DNA of 63,944 nt, the filler included, from Rhabdomonas costata (Eukaryota), in assembly GCA_019059605.1 (NCBI GenBank). It is 26 parts of 26 records of this genome, joined end to end, with 100 filler letters (N's around TTAATTAATTAA, not from the genome) between each part and the next. Parts side by side here need not be neighbours in the genome. Positions count along the whole stretch, not along the records: positions 1 to 2,365 come from JAHMHO010003785.1; positions 2,466 to 4,831 come from JAHMHO010003786.1; positions 4,932 to 7,296 come from JAHMHO010003787.1; positions 7,397 to 9,761 come from JAHMHO010003788.1; positions 9,862 to 12,228 come from JAHMHO010003789.1; 21 more parts are not named here. The stretch is one strand, 5' to 3'. The notes beneath the pieces are model-generated. The model worked only from the letters and a program-made list of their open reading frames with translations. It had not been told where the DNA came from and made no database searches. Both the position numbers and the translations under genes were made by a program. This document shows positions 1-11,837 of this stretch, piece after piece. Within the stretch, counting starts at the first letter, position 1; every line of letters begins with the position of its first letter.

Positions 1-991
1 GGGTTTGGTGGAGAAAAGCAGGCAGCGCAATAGCGCCCCCCCCCCCTCTCCTCTCTCTCATAGCTCTTTCAGAAATGTGGAAATGGGTGGTGGCGCAGGA
101 GGTCGGGCAGCGCTAGAACCGGATCGTTGATGATGATGAATGTCTCTCAGTTTCTCTCATTTTCCCTTTCTCCAATGATCGCCGCCAGAAGGACGGGGGC
201 GATGGAAGACACTTAACGCTGCTCGGAAGTTGGCAGGTGGTGACCTGGAATGATAGCAGACGAGCGCCCATGGCAGAACGAAGAGACCTCGGAAAAAAGC
301 ACAAGGGAGAACCAACCAAAACAAGGCATCTATCTGATGAGAGCACGCGTGGAGAGAGAAAAGTCACGCAGCTCGGCGCCAAACCAGAGCGCGCCGTGAC
401 TTCGGGAGATAGAGGAGGGGATGAATCACTAAAAGGATTGGAGGAAGTTGCCGGTGGTGGTGGTTACCTGACGCTAACGTTCTTAACCCGAAGCGCCAAA
501 AAGGGAGAGGACGAATGCACATGCTCAACCAGAGCAGGAATCACGTCCTTTTCTCACCTCAACACCGCCACAATAACGGTCACCCCCCGAAAAAAAATGG
601 GTGAGCATTTAGGAACACACTGTACAGTGTAAAGTGTCCTTTGCATGTCGAAAACCAAAAAGCATATAGAGCCTGTGTCTTTCTGGGAGACGAAGTTGCA
701 AGATGAGGGTGAAAAAGACAGGACTTCCATCCGGAAAGAGTGTCCAAAGCCAAAGCGGTGCTGAGGATGTACATACAGGTAAGGTTGAGGGCAACAAAAG
801 GGAAGGCGGCTAACCGGGGATTTCAGTGCCCTTCCTCTCCCGTCGCAGGGGTGGGCCCAACCTCAGGGCCATCGACCACAATGTTCGGGAAGGTCGTGAC
901 GGAAGGCAGGACGGAAGGCAGGGGAGGGGACCGCAGCGGGGGCAACACACAGCAGCTTCCCGAAGCTTCCGCTGCCACGAGTGGGGCCCCC

Positions 992-2360
992 CTAGGGGTC
1001 TCCCACCTCACAAAGTCCGCCGGAAGCTCCCCCCACTGCGCGGTACACCGCCCGAACCGTGTCCAGCAGCGACTCGCAGCTCACCGGCTTCAGGATGGTG
1101 GCCTGCATCCCAGAGTCCAGGCAGGAGTGCCGCAGCTGCGTGCTGTGGTCCGCGGTCACCGCTGTGGAGGTATACATGCAGTGATCCAAACGAGAAAAAG
1201 CGAGGTTCGTGCACTGTTACCAAACTCATTCCAAGAATTAACCGATGTAAATAAAAACCGTGATTTCATCGGGTTCTGGCGTATGAGCGTATCACAATCG
1301 GCAAAAACTTAGTGAAAAGCACAAGTAGGATTTCCCAGAAAAACGCAATCCATTTCCCACTCAATTTTCGGTATTTCGGTTCTTTTCGAGTCTTTCAATT
1401 TTTTCCTAACAATGTTCTAATTACTTTTGTCGAGTTTTATGTCCGTCTCAAATTTTCCACGTTTCCCATCTCCCTAGGGTCTGAAGTGCTTTGGTTCGGC
1501 GAGATACACCTAATGTTACGCTGGTGGGCGAAATGCACCCCACACTCGCCCCTCATATAAATCAGACGTCTTCGTGCTTCGACGACACCTATCGGTGCCC
1601 ATAAATGCACCATAAAATGTACACAAGCAGGAAACCGGTAACCTTGAACCTTGAACTCTGCCCGATTGCGGGTTTGGCCGCAACCATACTCAGGAGGGGG
1701 GGCGTGGGCCTTCAGGAATGGGTGGTAGGGGAATGGCGCAGCAGCAGGTGCACCGCAACCCAACGAGGTGGGTCTGCCAAAAACTCGATCCACACTCAGG
1801 CGAAAAACAGAAGCGCGCCTTTCTGCCTGGGGCCGAAACGTCCATTTTTAAGCCACGGGGATTTTACATCCTCCAATATGTGCTCCGGAAGGATCACATT
1901 TTGGCCAACCTGCCCAGCTGACGTGAACGGCAGAAAGTGTAGGGAAGTACGGTATTATAGGAAAATGGGACGGGCTTCGTTCGAACTATCGTGGTGAACA
2001 TGCATATCCTTGGCATACGGGTCGGTCGGTGCGATGGTTATAACGGAAACTTTGATGCAACGCTTTTTCCTCCGGAACCCTACTCTCATTTCCCCTTCTT
2101 CCCCAATTTCCTTGCATATTCACATAAAACAGCACAGACATCCGCCGCCGCACACCGATCACGGGAAGGATGGCGGGGCCTATCGTCTTCCGAAGCTCCT
2201 CCGTCATCTCCAAACCGGTCATCTCCGGCATGTGGATGTCGCTCAGCACAACTCCTCGGAACTCCGCCCCACGCGCGCCGGCCCGCGACCGCACCGTCTC
2301 CAGCGTCTCCGCTCCGCTTTCCAGCGTGAACACCTTTCCCTGGAACACCCGCCGCACCAT
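992..2360 (-). CDS. Response-regulator receiver (REC) domain, C-terminal part of a probable hybrid His-kinase/phosphorelay protein; 5' partial, 2 exons
   Basis: Exons ~2360-2156 and 1161-992 are joined by a GT-AG intron (2155-1162). The product reads ...VVLSDIHMPEMTGLEMTEELRK...LPVIA|VTAD...CLDSGMQATILKPV..., with the phospho-acceptor Asp, the Thr and the Lys-Pro of REC domains. Ends in TAG. Confidence 0.88.
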
Positions 2361-2365
2361 AAATC

Positions 2366-2465
2366 NNNNNNNNNNNNNNNNNNNNNNNNNNNNNNNNNNN
2401 NNNNNNNNNTTAATTAATTAANNNNNNNNNNNNNNNNNNNNNNNNNNNNNNNNNNNNNNNNNNNN
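2366..2465. other. Artificial contig spacer N44-TTAATTAATTAA-N44 (first of 25)
   Basis: Identical 100-nt spacers carrying a six-frame stop linker start at 2366, 4832, 7297, 9762, 12229, 14694, 17159, 19623, 22087, 24550, 27014, 29477, 31940, 34404, 36868, 39331, 41793, 44256, 46717, 49179, 51640, 54103, 56564, 59023 and 61484. Contigs are all about 2360-2367 nt, consistent with a length-sorted concatenation. Confidence 0.99.
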
Positions 2466-2891
2466 GGTGGTTCCTTTCTAGTGACGATGGGTGATCTTAC
2501 GTGTGCGTGTGCGTTTAATCTTCTTGTGTGTGTCGTCTATGGGTAAGGTGCTCTATGTTTTTGGTTCTGTGTCGTGTGTACCTGTTGTGCAGTGTCTTCT
2601 TGTGCTTTGTGTCTTCGGAGGGGTGTAGCAGTCCATGTAGCAGGTGTTGTGGTACCGGTGTGCTCACTTCCAGTGATGAGCTGCTGCATGTGAACTCTGG
2701 TGGTGTGGTGAAGAGTAAGACCAAGGCGTGAGTGCTCGAGCTCTGAGCCTTTGCATTTATGTCAGGTTGGCTGGGTAGAACGGTGTGGATTGTTGCCACT
2801 CGTTGTTTGTGTGGTTTGTGGCTTGTAATCAACATAACGTGATGGCTGGCCTGGTTGCGCAGGTGGTGGTGACGAGTGGTGGTTTGTGGAC

Positions 2892-3041
2892 CTGTTTGGC
2901 ATCCAATTCATTGATCTTCTGTCCGCGGTAGGGCGTTACGATGTGGATGTCGTGACCGGTGTGGAGTGTGGCCGATCTTGGTGAACGCTCTTTGCTCAAA
3001 TCCTTGTACATCCGACGCGCGTAATACATTCTATCGTGTAC
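2892..3041 (-). CDS. Possible isolated 150-nt exon of unknown protein (VHDRMYY...IVTPYRGQ...DAKQ)
   Basis: Bounded by CAG| and |GT, phase 0-0, with only one open frame, inside A/C-skewed low-complexity DNA. No family recognised. Confidence 0.3.
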
Positions 3042-3568
3042 CTGCGTAAGGTATGGAAACGAGGTGTAGGATGGTGTGTGGCATTATAGTGTAGAGCATG
3101 TTGACACACAATGATAGGTGTGTATTACCCTGGTATTGTCGTGTGTGTCACCATGACTATGTTGTGGTGGTGTGTGTGTCCGATGTGAGCTGTGGTGTCG
3201 GCTTCATATTAGAATTCACAAGCCCATGGTGTGTTGATGTCATCACAATCACATCAACATAATGCGTAGTGTTGCTTCTATGCTGTGGTGTTAGTCTGAT
3301 ATTTACTCAAAGATTTAAAAACTTGTTCTAAGCCTTCACACAACACATCAGAACACGAGACACAGAGTACCACATGTACACATGCAACATCGACAACGCT
3401 CCACAAACAAATTGTACCCGCTGCTTTGAAAGAAGAGCCAAAACCACTAGAAGCTTAATCTACAACCACACAAATTCCTACCAAGCACCACAAGCGTATA
3501 ATACAAAACCAAGCATCCAACCAAATCCTAGCGCCTTTACACCATACTTCAAACCATTGTATACAACC

Positions 3569-3622
3569 CCATACCATACACACCATACCATACACACCAT
3601 ACCATACACACCATACCATACA
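3569..3622 (+). repeat. Minisatellite (CCATACCATACACA) x ~4
   Basis: Tandem 14-mer read directly from the sequence. Confidence 0.9.
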
Positions 3623-3854
3623 AACAATACCCTGCAACACATTACCGTACAACACCTTACACTACAAACAGAACCATAACAATAGAAGAAGAAGAACACA
3701 CGCGCAATGAACTCTGCAAATCTGCACACCACGTAAACAGCGCATCTACACAACACACAACACCCACCTTTCACCTCACACGCAGCATCCACCACACACA
3801 CAACGAACCAGAAATACAGCACCATAGCATACATGGAACACTGGAACACGACCT

Positions 3855-4831
3855 AAGCGGAATAAATGAAACAACGCATCAAAGACACAAGAACACCACC
3901 GTGCACGCTCAGCACACAACAAAGACAGACTAAGCGACCATTAGAAGAGACATAACCCAAACCTCGTGCAGCTAGAAGATGCAATTTGAAACACAAAATC
4001 CTAAACACTACCGACACAGCAGCCACACACCCAAGTACATTCACCACACATGGAACCACTCACTCACAAACACACCACGGCACCGTAACCTTTAATGTAT
4101 TGAACACGCACAGCAACACATAATGAATGTAAATTTCAAAACCCACGCACAGGACACACCCAGCAACAGTGAAAGCACAGCATGCATCACCCACATCACA
4201 AAAAGACACCTACAGCATCCAAACCAAGTTGTGTGAAACCACGCTAGAATACCGAGAAACCACTGCACCACTGGCATCAAATACCAGACCGAACTAAAGA
4301 AGCAAACAAGAAGACAGAACAGAATAGAAACTCAAGAAAATCCCACGAGTTAAGCAGTGCAGCCTCACCCAGATCACCGAATACTGGAAACCACACCCAC
4401 AGAAAGTAAAATCGACACCAGAATACCACTCAAGAGCTCACAAGACACATGACAGATTCTCCAAACCCGAATTAATGTACCCACTCAGAACCATTGAAGT
4501 TACCAGCAAAGGTACAGTAAAGGCAAGAAACGAAGACCAAAAAACCGCAAACACAAGACCGGAACTTAGAGAGCAAAGACAGAATTCGAATGCACGAACC
4601 GATACAGAATGCATGGAACAACCTACCAAGACAACAGGCACTGCTACCTAAAGCCAGTAAAAACCACCCGGATGCAGAGACCCCAAAAAAATTGCAGAAG
4701 ACCAAAGCGGAATAAATGAAACAAGGCATCAAAGACACAAGAACACCACCGTGCACGCTCAGCACACAACAAAGACAGACTAAGCGACCATTAGAAGAGA
4801 CATAACCCAAACCTCGTGCAGCTAGAAGATG
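3855..4831 (+). repeat. 127-bp direct repeat (3855-3981 and 4705-4831), 850-nt spacing
   Basis: AAGCGGAATAAATGAAACAA...GCTAGAAGATG occurs twice with one mismatch. The second copy is cut by the contig end. Confidence 0.92.
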
Positions 4832-7396
4832 NNNNNNNNNNNNNNNNNNNNNNNNNNNNNNNNNNNNNNNNNNNNTTAATTAATTAANNNNNNNNNNNNN
4901 NNNNNNNNNNNNNNNNNNNNNNNNNNNNNNNGTGTTGGGGGGGGGTGATCCTAGGAACCACTTTTTCATCCTGTTTTCCTCCCTCGAAGGTTATTTTTCG
5001 GTCGATAAACTACCTGGCTTCATGATTCGTTTTACTCCCCCCTCACCATATATTGTGAACGATGTGAACGCAGCGGTCCAGATTTCGGGGCAATTGCATC
5101 TTGGGAGGGGAGGCGTGAAACGTTCCACACCAATAACGTTATGAAACCTTATCGATCGGTTGGGAAAACATAAGGTCAGGGCGGAAGCCAGCCCGCGGCG
5201 AGGCCGGAGCGGACGGATAAGATGGGGACGTATCAAGCATTGACAAAAACATTGACACCGGTAAACAACATTCTTCATGTTCCAGGAAGTCATTTCCAAG
5301 CACTACAGTCAAGTAAAGTGATCCCGTACCCTATGCCGAGTTTTTCGTTTTCGACTGTTTAGCGAAGGTGAACATGTAACGCCCCACCCCCAGTGTGGAA
5401 ATCACGGGAGGACCTGGAACGCCTTGTTAGCACGGGTTCCCGAGTGCCCCACCAGGGCCTCTCCGGAGGCCAGGGCGATGCTGACCCCGCGGGGAAACCT
5501 CGCGGACATCGACGACGGCACCGCACTGGCCACGCTATCTGTGGAGCTCTGCCGCCCGTGGTCCCCAAGTGCCTCGCTGCTGGGCCCCGCCGCCGCTGAC
5601 GCCGTGACGTGACACTACGGAACCCATTCCATGAAGCAAAGACCCATTGGCAGCAACGCCAGCCCATGATAATGCGTTCACCTCGCTCACGATGCAACGA
5701 TAAGATTCGTCACCGATCCTCGTGGAATATCATTGGCCCTATGTTGGGATCTCCATGTCAAAACGTTCGAAAAAGTCGACAAGTGCATGTTTCATGCCTA
5801 CACTTACTCGCCCGCCCACTCGCTCGCTCACCACCACTAACCCACAGATACCATTTTTGCACCTTCCCCAGGTATGTCTTCCTTCAAATCCTCCTCCATG
5901 TCAGCCTTTCGCTACGCTGCGTTGTTTTCCTTGCGTTTTTTGTTGTAAACTCTATTTGTTCGGCGCGGACCCTGCGGCGCAGTGCTGTGACTTTGTTCAG
6001 TTTAAAGAAAATTATTGAGCCGGAAATATTCGTAACTTGTATTTTCAATGTTTGAATCGCCAAAAATCGTGAGAATTCGTATTCCAGCCCATGGGGATTC
6101 CTGTACCACCAGAAACACATATTTTGGCTGGCGACGGACTTCCACTCGAAGTCCTTGCCCTTCAATAGCTACTTTTGCCTGGAAATTTGCCTGCGTTTCG
6201 ATTAGAAACTGAGTGCGGTGAAATTGCTTACGTGCCGGAGGCGCCTTCTTTTTCTTTTTGTTGAGGGGCTTGCTTTTTGTTCACCCCACAGAATCCAGAG
6301 CCAGACGTTTGAATGCTCAGATGGAGCAATTTCCCGTACCCATGTCGCAAACCCAGAGAGAGATATCTGATCGTTTGCTGTGGTTAGATGTGTACAGTTC
6401 ATACGCGCAATTAGGGACGGAGCCATTTGCCACACCGCTTAAGTGTGAACCGGTTGTGCTCAGTGTTAGCCTCTTGAGATTTCGCTAGGAGAGCGAGTGC
6501 GGGCGCAGAGCAGGGAGGTATATTACCCAGGCCACCATAAAAGTGAAAGTCGGAAAACCAACAAAAAGCGTACAATTGCACTAACTGGGGGTTTAGGGCT
6601 CGCAAGAGATCATCTTTTGATCATTTTTGTGTATCATATGTCTGCAGAATTAATTTTTGTGCATTAGAAGCTCCTAAATTCAGCTAAATTCAGGTTAGCT
6701 TTTTGGGGTATGCCGACGTTTTCCAGTTGTGCTTGTGGCATCAGCTGAAGGAGAGGAGAGCTAGCATACGTGGGGGTGGGGGTGGGGGTGCAGGGAGCCC
6801 TCCCCCACGGTGTCGCGCAGCATTAGCGCCGCGGCGCAGGCACGGCTGCTGTGCGTCACCACGCTGGCCACGGCATTCCACAAAAGCACCGCGTGGCCCC
6901 CACAGCAGCTGTGCACCGTGCCTCTGGTCGCTGAATGAGGGAAAAGTTCACTTCACTTGGAAAGTGTGCGTCACACAGGTTCCAAACCATTGCCAAACGA
7001 GAAGCTTGTGCACCACATTTTCCTGTTTCTACCATAATGTGGTCCATACCAACCCTCTTTGTGCCGTGAGCTCAATGCTTCTTTTCAACCTCCTCTGCAT
7101 GGACCGATTCCCCAATGGTAAACCAGACACGCATCGTCCGCCCTACAGAAGGAGCTAACACACGGGCGATCCCCCCATGCGGGGAGAGGATCATCCCTCT
7201 ACTGCTGAGCAGAAGTCATTATGAAAGCTCAATGGGAATTTTACAGCAGTTTGGATAACACTTGAAAGTATAGTGCGACCAGTCCACCACCACACANNNN
7301 NNNNNNNNNNNNNNNNNNNNNNNNNNNNNNNNNNNNNNNNTTAATTAATTAANNNNNNNNNNNNNNNNNNNNNNNNNNNNNNNNNNNNNNNNNNNN

Positions 7397-9718
7397 TTTA
7401 CTTCGGGGTTGTGGTTCGGCACGCAGCCTCCGAGCTGCCCAAGCAGCCCCCCAACGACCTCTACAGTACGATGAACAACGTCATCGGGACGCTTGCGGAG
7501 GTGCTGCTGCGTTTTGGATGTGCTCGATTACTATAGTGGGGGGACCTCTCTGCAGTCGGTGTTGTACAATACAATGGGATCCCCCTGACACGGAACAGAG
7601 TTGTGTCCGTTTCTTGTGTGCTTTGCTATATACGTTACAATGGGACACTCCTCTCGTTGGGTATTAGTTGTGGTGACGAAACAGGGGGTTGCATTGTATC
7701 TGTCATCCATTAGACCATGGGATGTTGTTGGTCGGTATTCTTCTCTCTTTTTTCTCTATGTGTGGATGACGGGAACAGGATTCGGGAAGTGTGTTCGCCC
7801 TCTCATAAGCACTTTTCAGCAGTTGGGTGACCGCTGCTCAGCATTGGGTTTTCATATAAAAGGATCTCCCGTGTCACCTTGGCAGGAGAATTCCAGCCTA
7901 GCATTTTACTACGTGATTGTTTAGGCAATGTTTCTGGGAGGGGTCAGTCCACTCCAGAGACTTGCCCGGCATTCCAACGCGGTTCAATGCTGGCTCAGAT
8001 TTTGTGTATTTGGCTGTGCACTATCCACCTCACCCCTTCCTCACCCCTTGGTTGTCTCTGTGATTCTTTGCAGGCCTTTCCGCAGCTGTCCCGGAAGCAC
8101 ACCGGCTCGACCTCCAAGATTACGTGGGTGCTGGGCAACAACGACCTTCTGGGGGACTACTACATGGAGGTCTCGACCAACAGCACGTTTTTAAAGAGCG
8201 TGGCGCAGGCTCTCTCGGACGAGCTCACCCCAGGTGTTTCATTTTGACTGCTTGGGCTTCGGTCCTGTGCATGGCTTTTAAGCATGGACGCGAATGTGAA
8301 CGACCCCACTACCCAATCCCCAGTGTTTTCGTGGCGTTATGCCGTTAGAGTGATCTCAATGGAGAAATGGCGAAGCAAGATATCTTAGCTGCATAGTATT
8401 GGAGATCTCACATCAACCGTTGCAACCGTGTCACAGGATGAATCTTCAATTCAACAGTTACAGAGGTTCTTCGGGATTCTCTTTGCAGAGCTGCTAACCG
8501 AGGTATAGGGCGGTGCTTACGAAATGAAATCAAAAAGCGGTGATTTAAGTGGCGAGATATCTGCTGGGTGGAGACACGTTCCCCTTGCAGGCTTCCTTGG
8601 TTGGTGTGGGGGAGTCGGCTCAGCCTTCCAGGTGCGGATTGTATTGCACTGAAATCCTTCATGCATGAAAATGCACGAAGCAGGGAAGAACAGGAGAACC
8701 CGCTGGCACAAAACATTGATCGAGATTTTCCGGAGAGTCTTACATCCCCCCTACTACGGGTCAAAATGCGAGGTGAAGCTGTGGTGTTAGGTGGATGTGG
8801 CACCACTGCGGCTCCCATTCTGCTGCGAGATGGCTTGATTCCACTCCCCCACACCTTATTCCAAGGTCTTCACATGCTGCCATGGGCTTTGTGAACGGAC
8901 AACTATTTTGATGTGTCATTTTGGGCTTTCTTTTATCGCGCAGAGGAGCAGGCCACGGTGGCGTGGGGTGGGTATTACTCCCGGGACCTCAGCTCGACGC
9001 TCACCGTGCTGGCGCTGAACACGATTCAGTACTCGTCCAAGCATAAGCCCGACACCACCGCTCTGGACGACCCCTTTGGGCAGTTCCAGTGGCTTGAAGG
9101 CCTGTCTTCTCTATTTCTATTCCGCTTTCTTCTTTTGCGTTTTTGCTGCACCTTTGTGGATATCAAGATTACTCTGCTCCCGGCTTTGTGTTTGGCCTTA
9201 CCCACACCGGTGCAGTGTGCGTTTGTGGGTGGGTGGCTATCATTGGAGGGATCATGCGGATGGCAGTACCTGTGCTTGCCTGCTCTGAGCTGCCGTGTGT
9301 CGGTTTATTGTGCATACGGCCATACGGTGAAACGAAGTCAATGTTTGCACACCCTGTGCTCTCCACATTTTCGCTACCAAGCCACTCTCTAGTTCGGTTC
9401 CGGCTCTTTCTTTTTGGAAAAAGAAATGCAAACGTGAGAGGAAGTTTAGTTTCTTGACCCCCATCATTACCGCAAAAAGGATGTGTTGTACGGTAGGATG
9501 TGTTGTTCCGTTCTCCAATCGTTTCTGCGGTGGGAGAGAACTCGAGAAGCGGTGATCATCAACTGAAAAGAAGTCAAGCATGGCTACCCGATGACTGTGC
9601 GACGTGTATCTTTGCCCCAGAGGCCCTGGCAAAGGCAAAGAAGAACTCCCGCATGGTGTACATCGTTGGCCACATTCCTCCTGCCGTCGACACCTACAAC
9701 TACCCACCGCTGTGGACG
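7397..9718 (+). CDS. Acid-sphingomyelinase-like (SMPDL3-type) metallophosphoesterase, partial, 4 exons
   Basis: Exons ~7397-7500, 8074-8233, 8944-9099 and 9621-9718 give ..VRH.., VLGNND, GGYYS..LTVLALNT, DPFGQFQWLE|EALAKA..VYIVGHIPP, the metal-binding motifs of the family. Intron 3 is GC-AG. Confidence 0.88.
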
Positions 9719-11568
9719 GTACATTCCTCATCCTCCCCCCCCCCCGTCACTTCCCTGTTGGNNNNNNNNNNNNNNNNNNNNNNNNNNNNNNNNNNNNNNN
9801 NNNNNTTAATTAATTAANNNNNNNNNNNNNNNNNNNNNNNNNNNNNNNNNNNNNNNNNNNNGGTGTTTTTGAATGGCGCAAATGCACGGCTTCAGCTCTT
9901 GTGGCCTGCTGTTCGGGGAATGTGCCTCCTGTCTTTCCAATGCTCTTCTACCGAATCTCTGGGTGGGCAGTGGGATACTTTGTATCTCACAGTGGGACGC
10001 ATTCACCCCAAACGGCAAGCTGAAGGAGCCGGAACTTCAGTCCCGCGCCTCCATGTCTTGCTTCTTCTTCTTCTTCTTCTTCTCCAGGGAAGCCCTTTCT
10101 TGCCGGTTTTCTCTGTCTACCTACCCACTGCACCGCTATGTTGTCTTTTTTACTCTTGGTTTGCTTTTTTTCTGTGCTTCTTCTACTAAGGGTTCACTGT
10201 TGGCGCAGAAAAGGGTCTGGAAGCCCCTTCACAAACAAACACACGCACGAGAGTCTGTGGGATTGCTTGCTCTCGTTTTGCCGCGATGGTTTGAGACAGC
10301 TTGTGTGCGCACAACTATGTGCGGAAGTGTAGCGTACAGTCACTTTGCTAACTCGCAGCAGTTCATCGATATTTGGGTTGCAACCCTGTTGCCATGCCGG
10401 ATGAATAGGCGAAGACAATAAGAACCCCCCTGCGACATTTGGTATAACGTGGGCCTACCAATGCCCGGACGAGTACACAATCGCTTAGCTTGCGACTAAC
10501 CAACTATCCATGCCACATGACCCTATTGCGTGGGGAAACTGTCTCCCTGTTCACAGTATCACAGCAAGGCCGCGCATAGCAGGCGGGCTGGCATTTTGTC
10601 TTAGTGCCCCACAATGCCACAACTCTGGGCACTTTCCGCCTGACACATGTCTTTGCCGCTGTGCCAAAAGCTCTTTCGACATCGTACTTCCCTCGGGGGC
10701 GCCAAGGGTCGCTGAGGTAGGGCCGTTTTTGGTGAACGGAATGGCCTCAAAGAGGTCTTTACGGCGCCCTCCGGATCCGCGGCCTGTGGAATCAGGCTCC
10801 GTGTTCCGGCGACGGCGCGGCGAACGCTGGACCAAAAAAAACCACGTCGAAGCACCAGTCCTAAGAATCTCCAAATCCCCGTCCCGGAACAATCCGGCGT
10901 TTCTGCCAGGTTTCACACCGTACCGTTGGCATGCGTTTTTGCGCCGGACCTGGTTTGCATGTGGGGCCATCTCCGGTAGGCACGCGGCGTTATTTCTTCT
11001 TTGTCCCGTGCTCAAGCCGATTGAACCGCAGCTACATGGGCTTCATCTATGGCAAAGGGAAAGAGGGTCGCGAGGGCGAGCAAGAACGGAGCAGTGAGCG
11101 GGGGTTTGTGGCCAGTGACATGGGTGGGATACGTCACCCTGGGGAGGGGGTGCTCCGTCAAGGCAATGCTGAGCGCTTAAACGCGCTCGCTCAGGTGCCT
11201 GCTCGGAAAGCTCAAGCGCCCAGCGTGGGGGTGCCTCTGTCCTCCTCCGCTGCGGGTCACGCTCAGAGGGAGGGGGGAGCGTGGGTTCCGGAACACACAA
11301 AATTAGGGTATGAAAGAGGTGTGTTGTGGAAGGACGGAACACCCGAATGCAGAAGCAAAGTTGTGGCACAGCGCAAGCCTTTCAAACAACCCACTGAATC
11401 GAATGTATCAGGGGAACAATCGATGGAAAACGTTCAGTGACACAGCTTTTAACAAGAACAGCCGTTTCCGAACCCAACAGCGCCACAAACAAACACGCAA
11501 ACACACTTTCCCGATTCACAATGCCCAAGAGTGAAAGTACGCACTGCGCCGTGGAGCCTTCCTTAACC

Positions 11569-11837
11569 ATGGGGAAAACACAACACATCAAACTGAAAAA
11601 CTTTTTGGAATAATTGCTCCTCCGCCTCGGAAGCCACAAAAATTGATTTTCACGTGCAGCATGCATCACCTTTCCCTTGACATCATGCTTGTCACATTGC
11701 CTCGTGAACATGTTTCATACCTGAAACATGCTAAAGATTATAATGCCTTGGTATGGCAAGGGTCAAGGGCATTTCATGAAATAAACAGAAAAAACGAACG
11801 TACGTCATTCACCTGTTCTGAATGTAAAGTATCCTGA
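11569..11837 (+). mobile_element. Possible decayed piggyBac-like transposase 3' end (Cys-rich C-terminal domain)
   Basis: AT-richer segment with stops and frameshifts ending RKNERTSFTCSECKVS*, which resembles the T-x-F/Y-x-C-x2-C-x-V motif of the piggyBac Cys-rich domain. No DDD core or TIR seen. Confidence 0.25.

Noticed and set aside
2900..2950. IVTPYRGQ as a Upf1-like SF1 helicase motif
   Set aside because: No downstream TVDxFQG or other helicase motifs are present. A single short match is insufficient.
3374..4810. Cys/Val/Tyr-rich or His/Thr-rich ORFs in contig 2
   Set aside because: These are translation products of low-complexity AC/GT-skewed DNA.
2466..4831. Diplonemid/kinetoplastid mitochondrial cassette or minicircle
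   Set aside because: No recognisable respiratory gene module where I tried TGA=Trp, and I saw no conserved minicircle block. Only the skew is suggestive.
5391..5612. GC-rich possible terminal exon in contig 3
   Set aside because: Several frames are open with no motif, so no product can be supported.
9993..10040. Short exon-like WDAFTPNGKLKEPEL
   Set aside because: Plausible splice sites, but too short to assign, and no partner exon was found.
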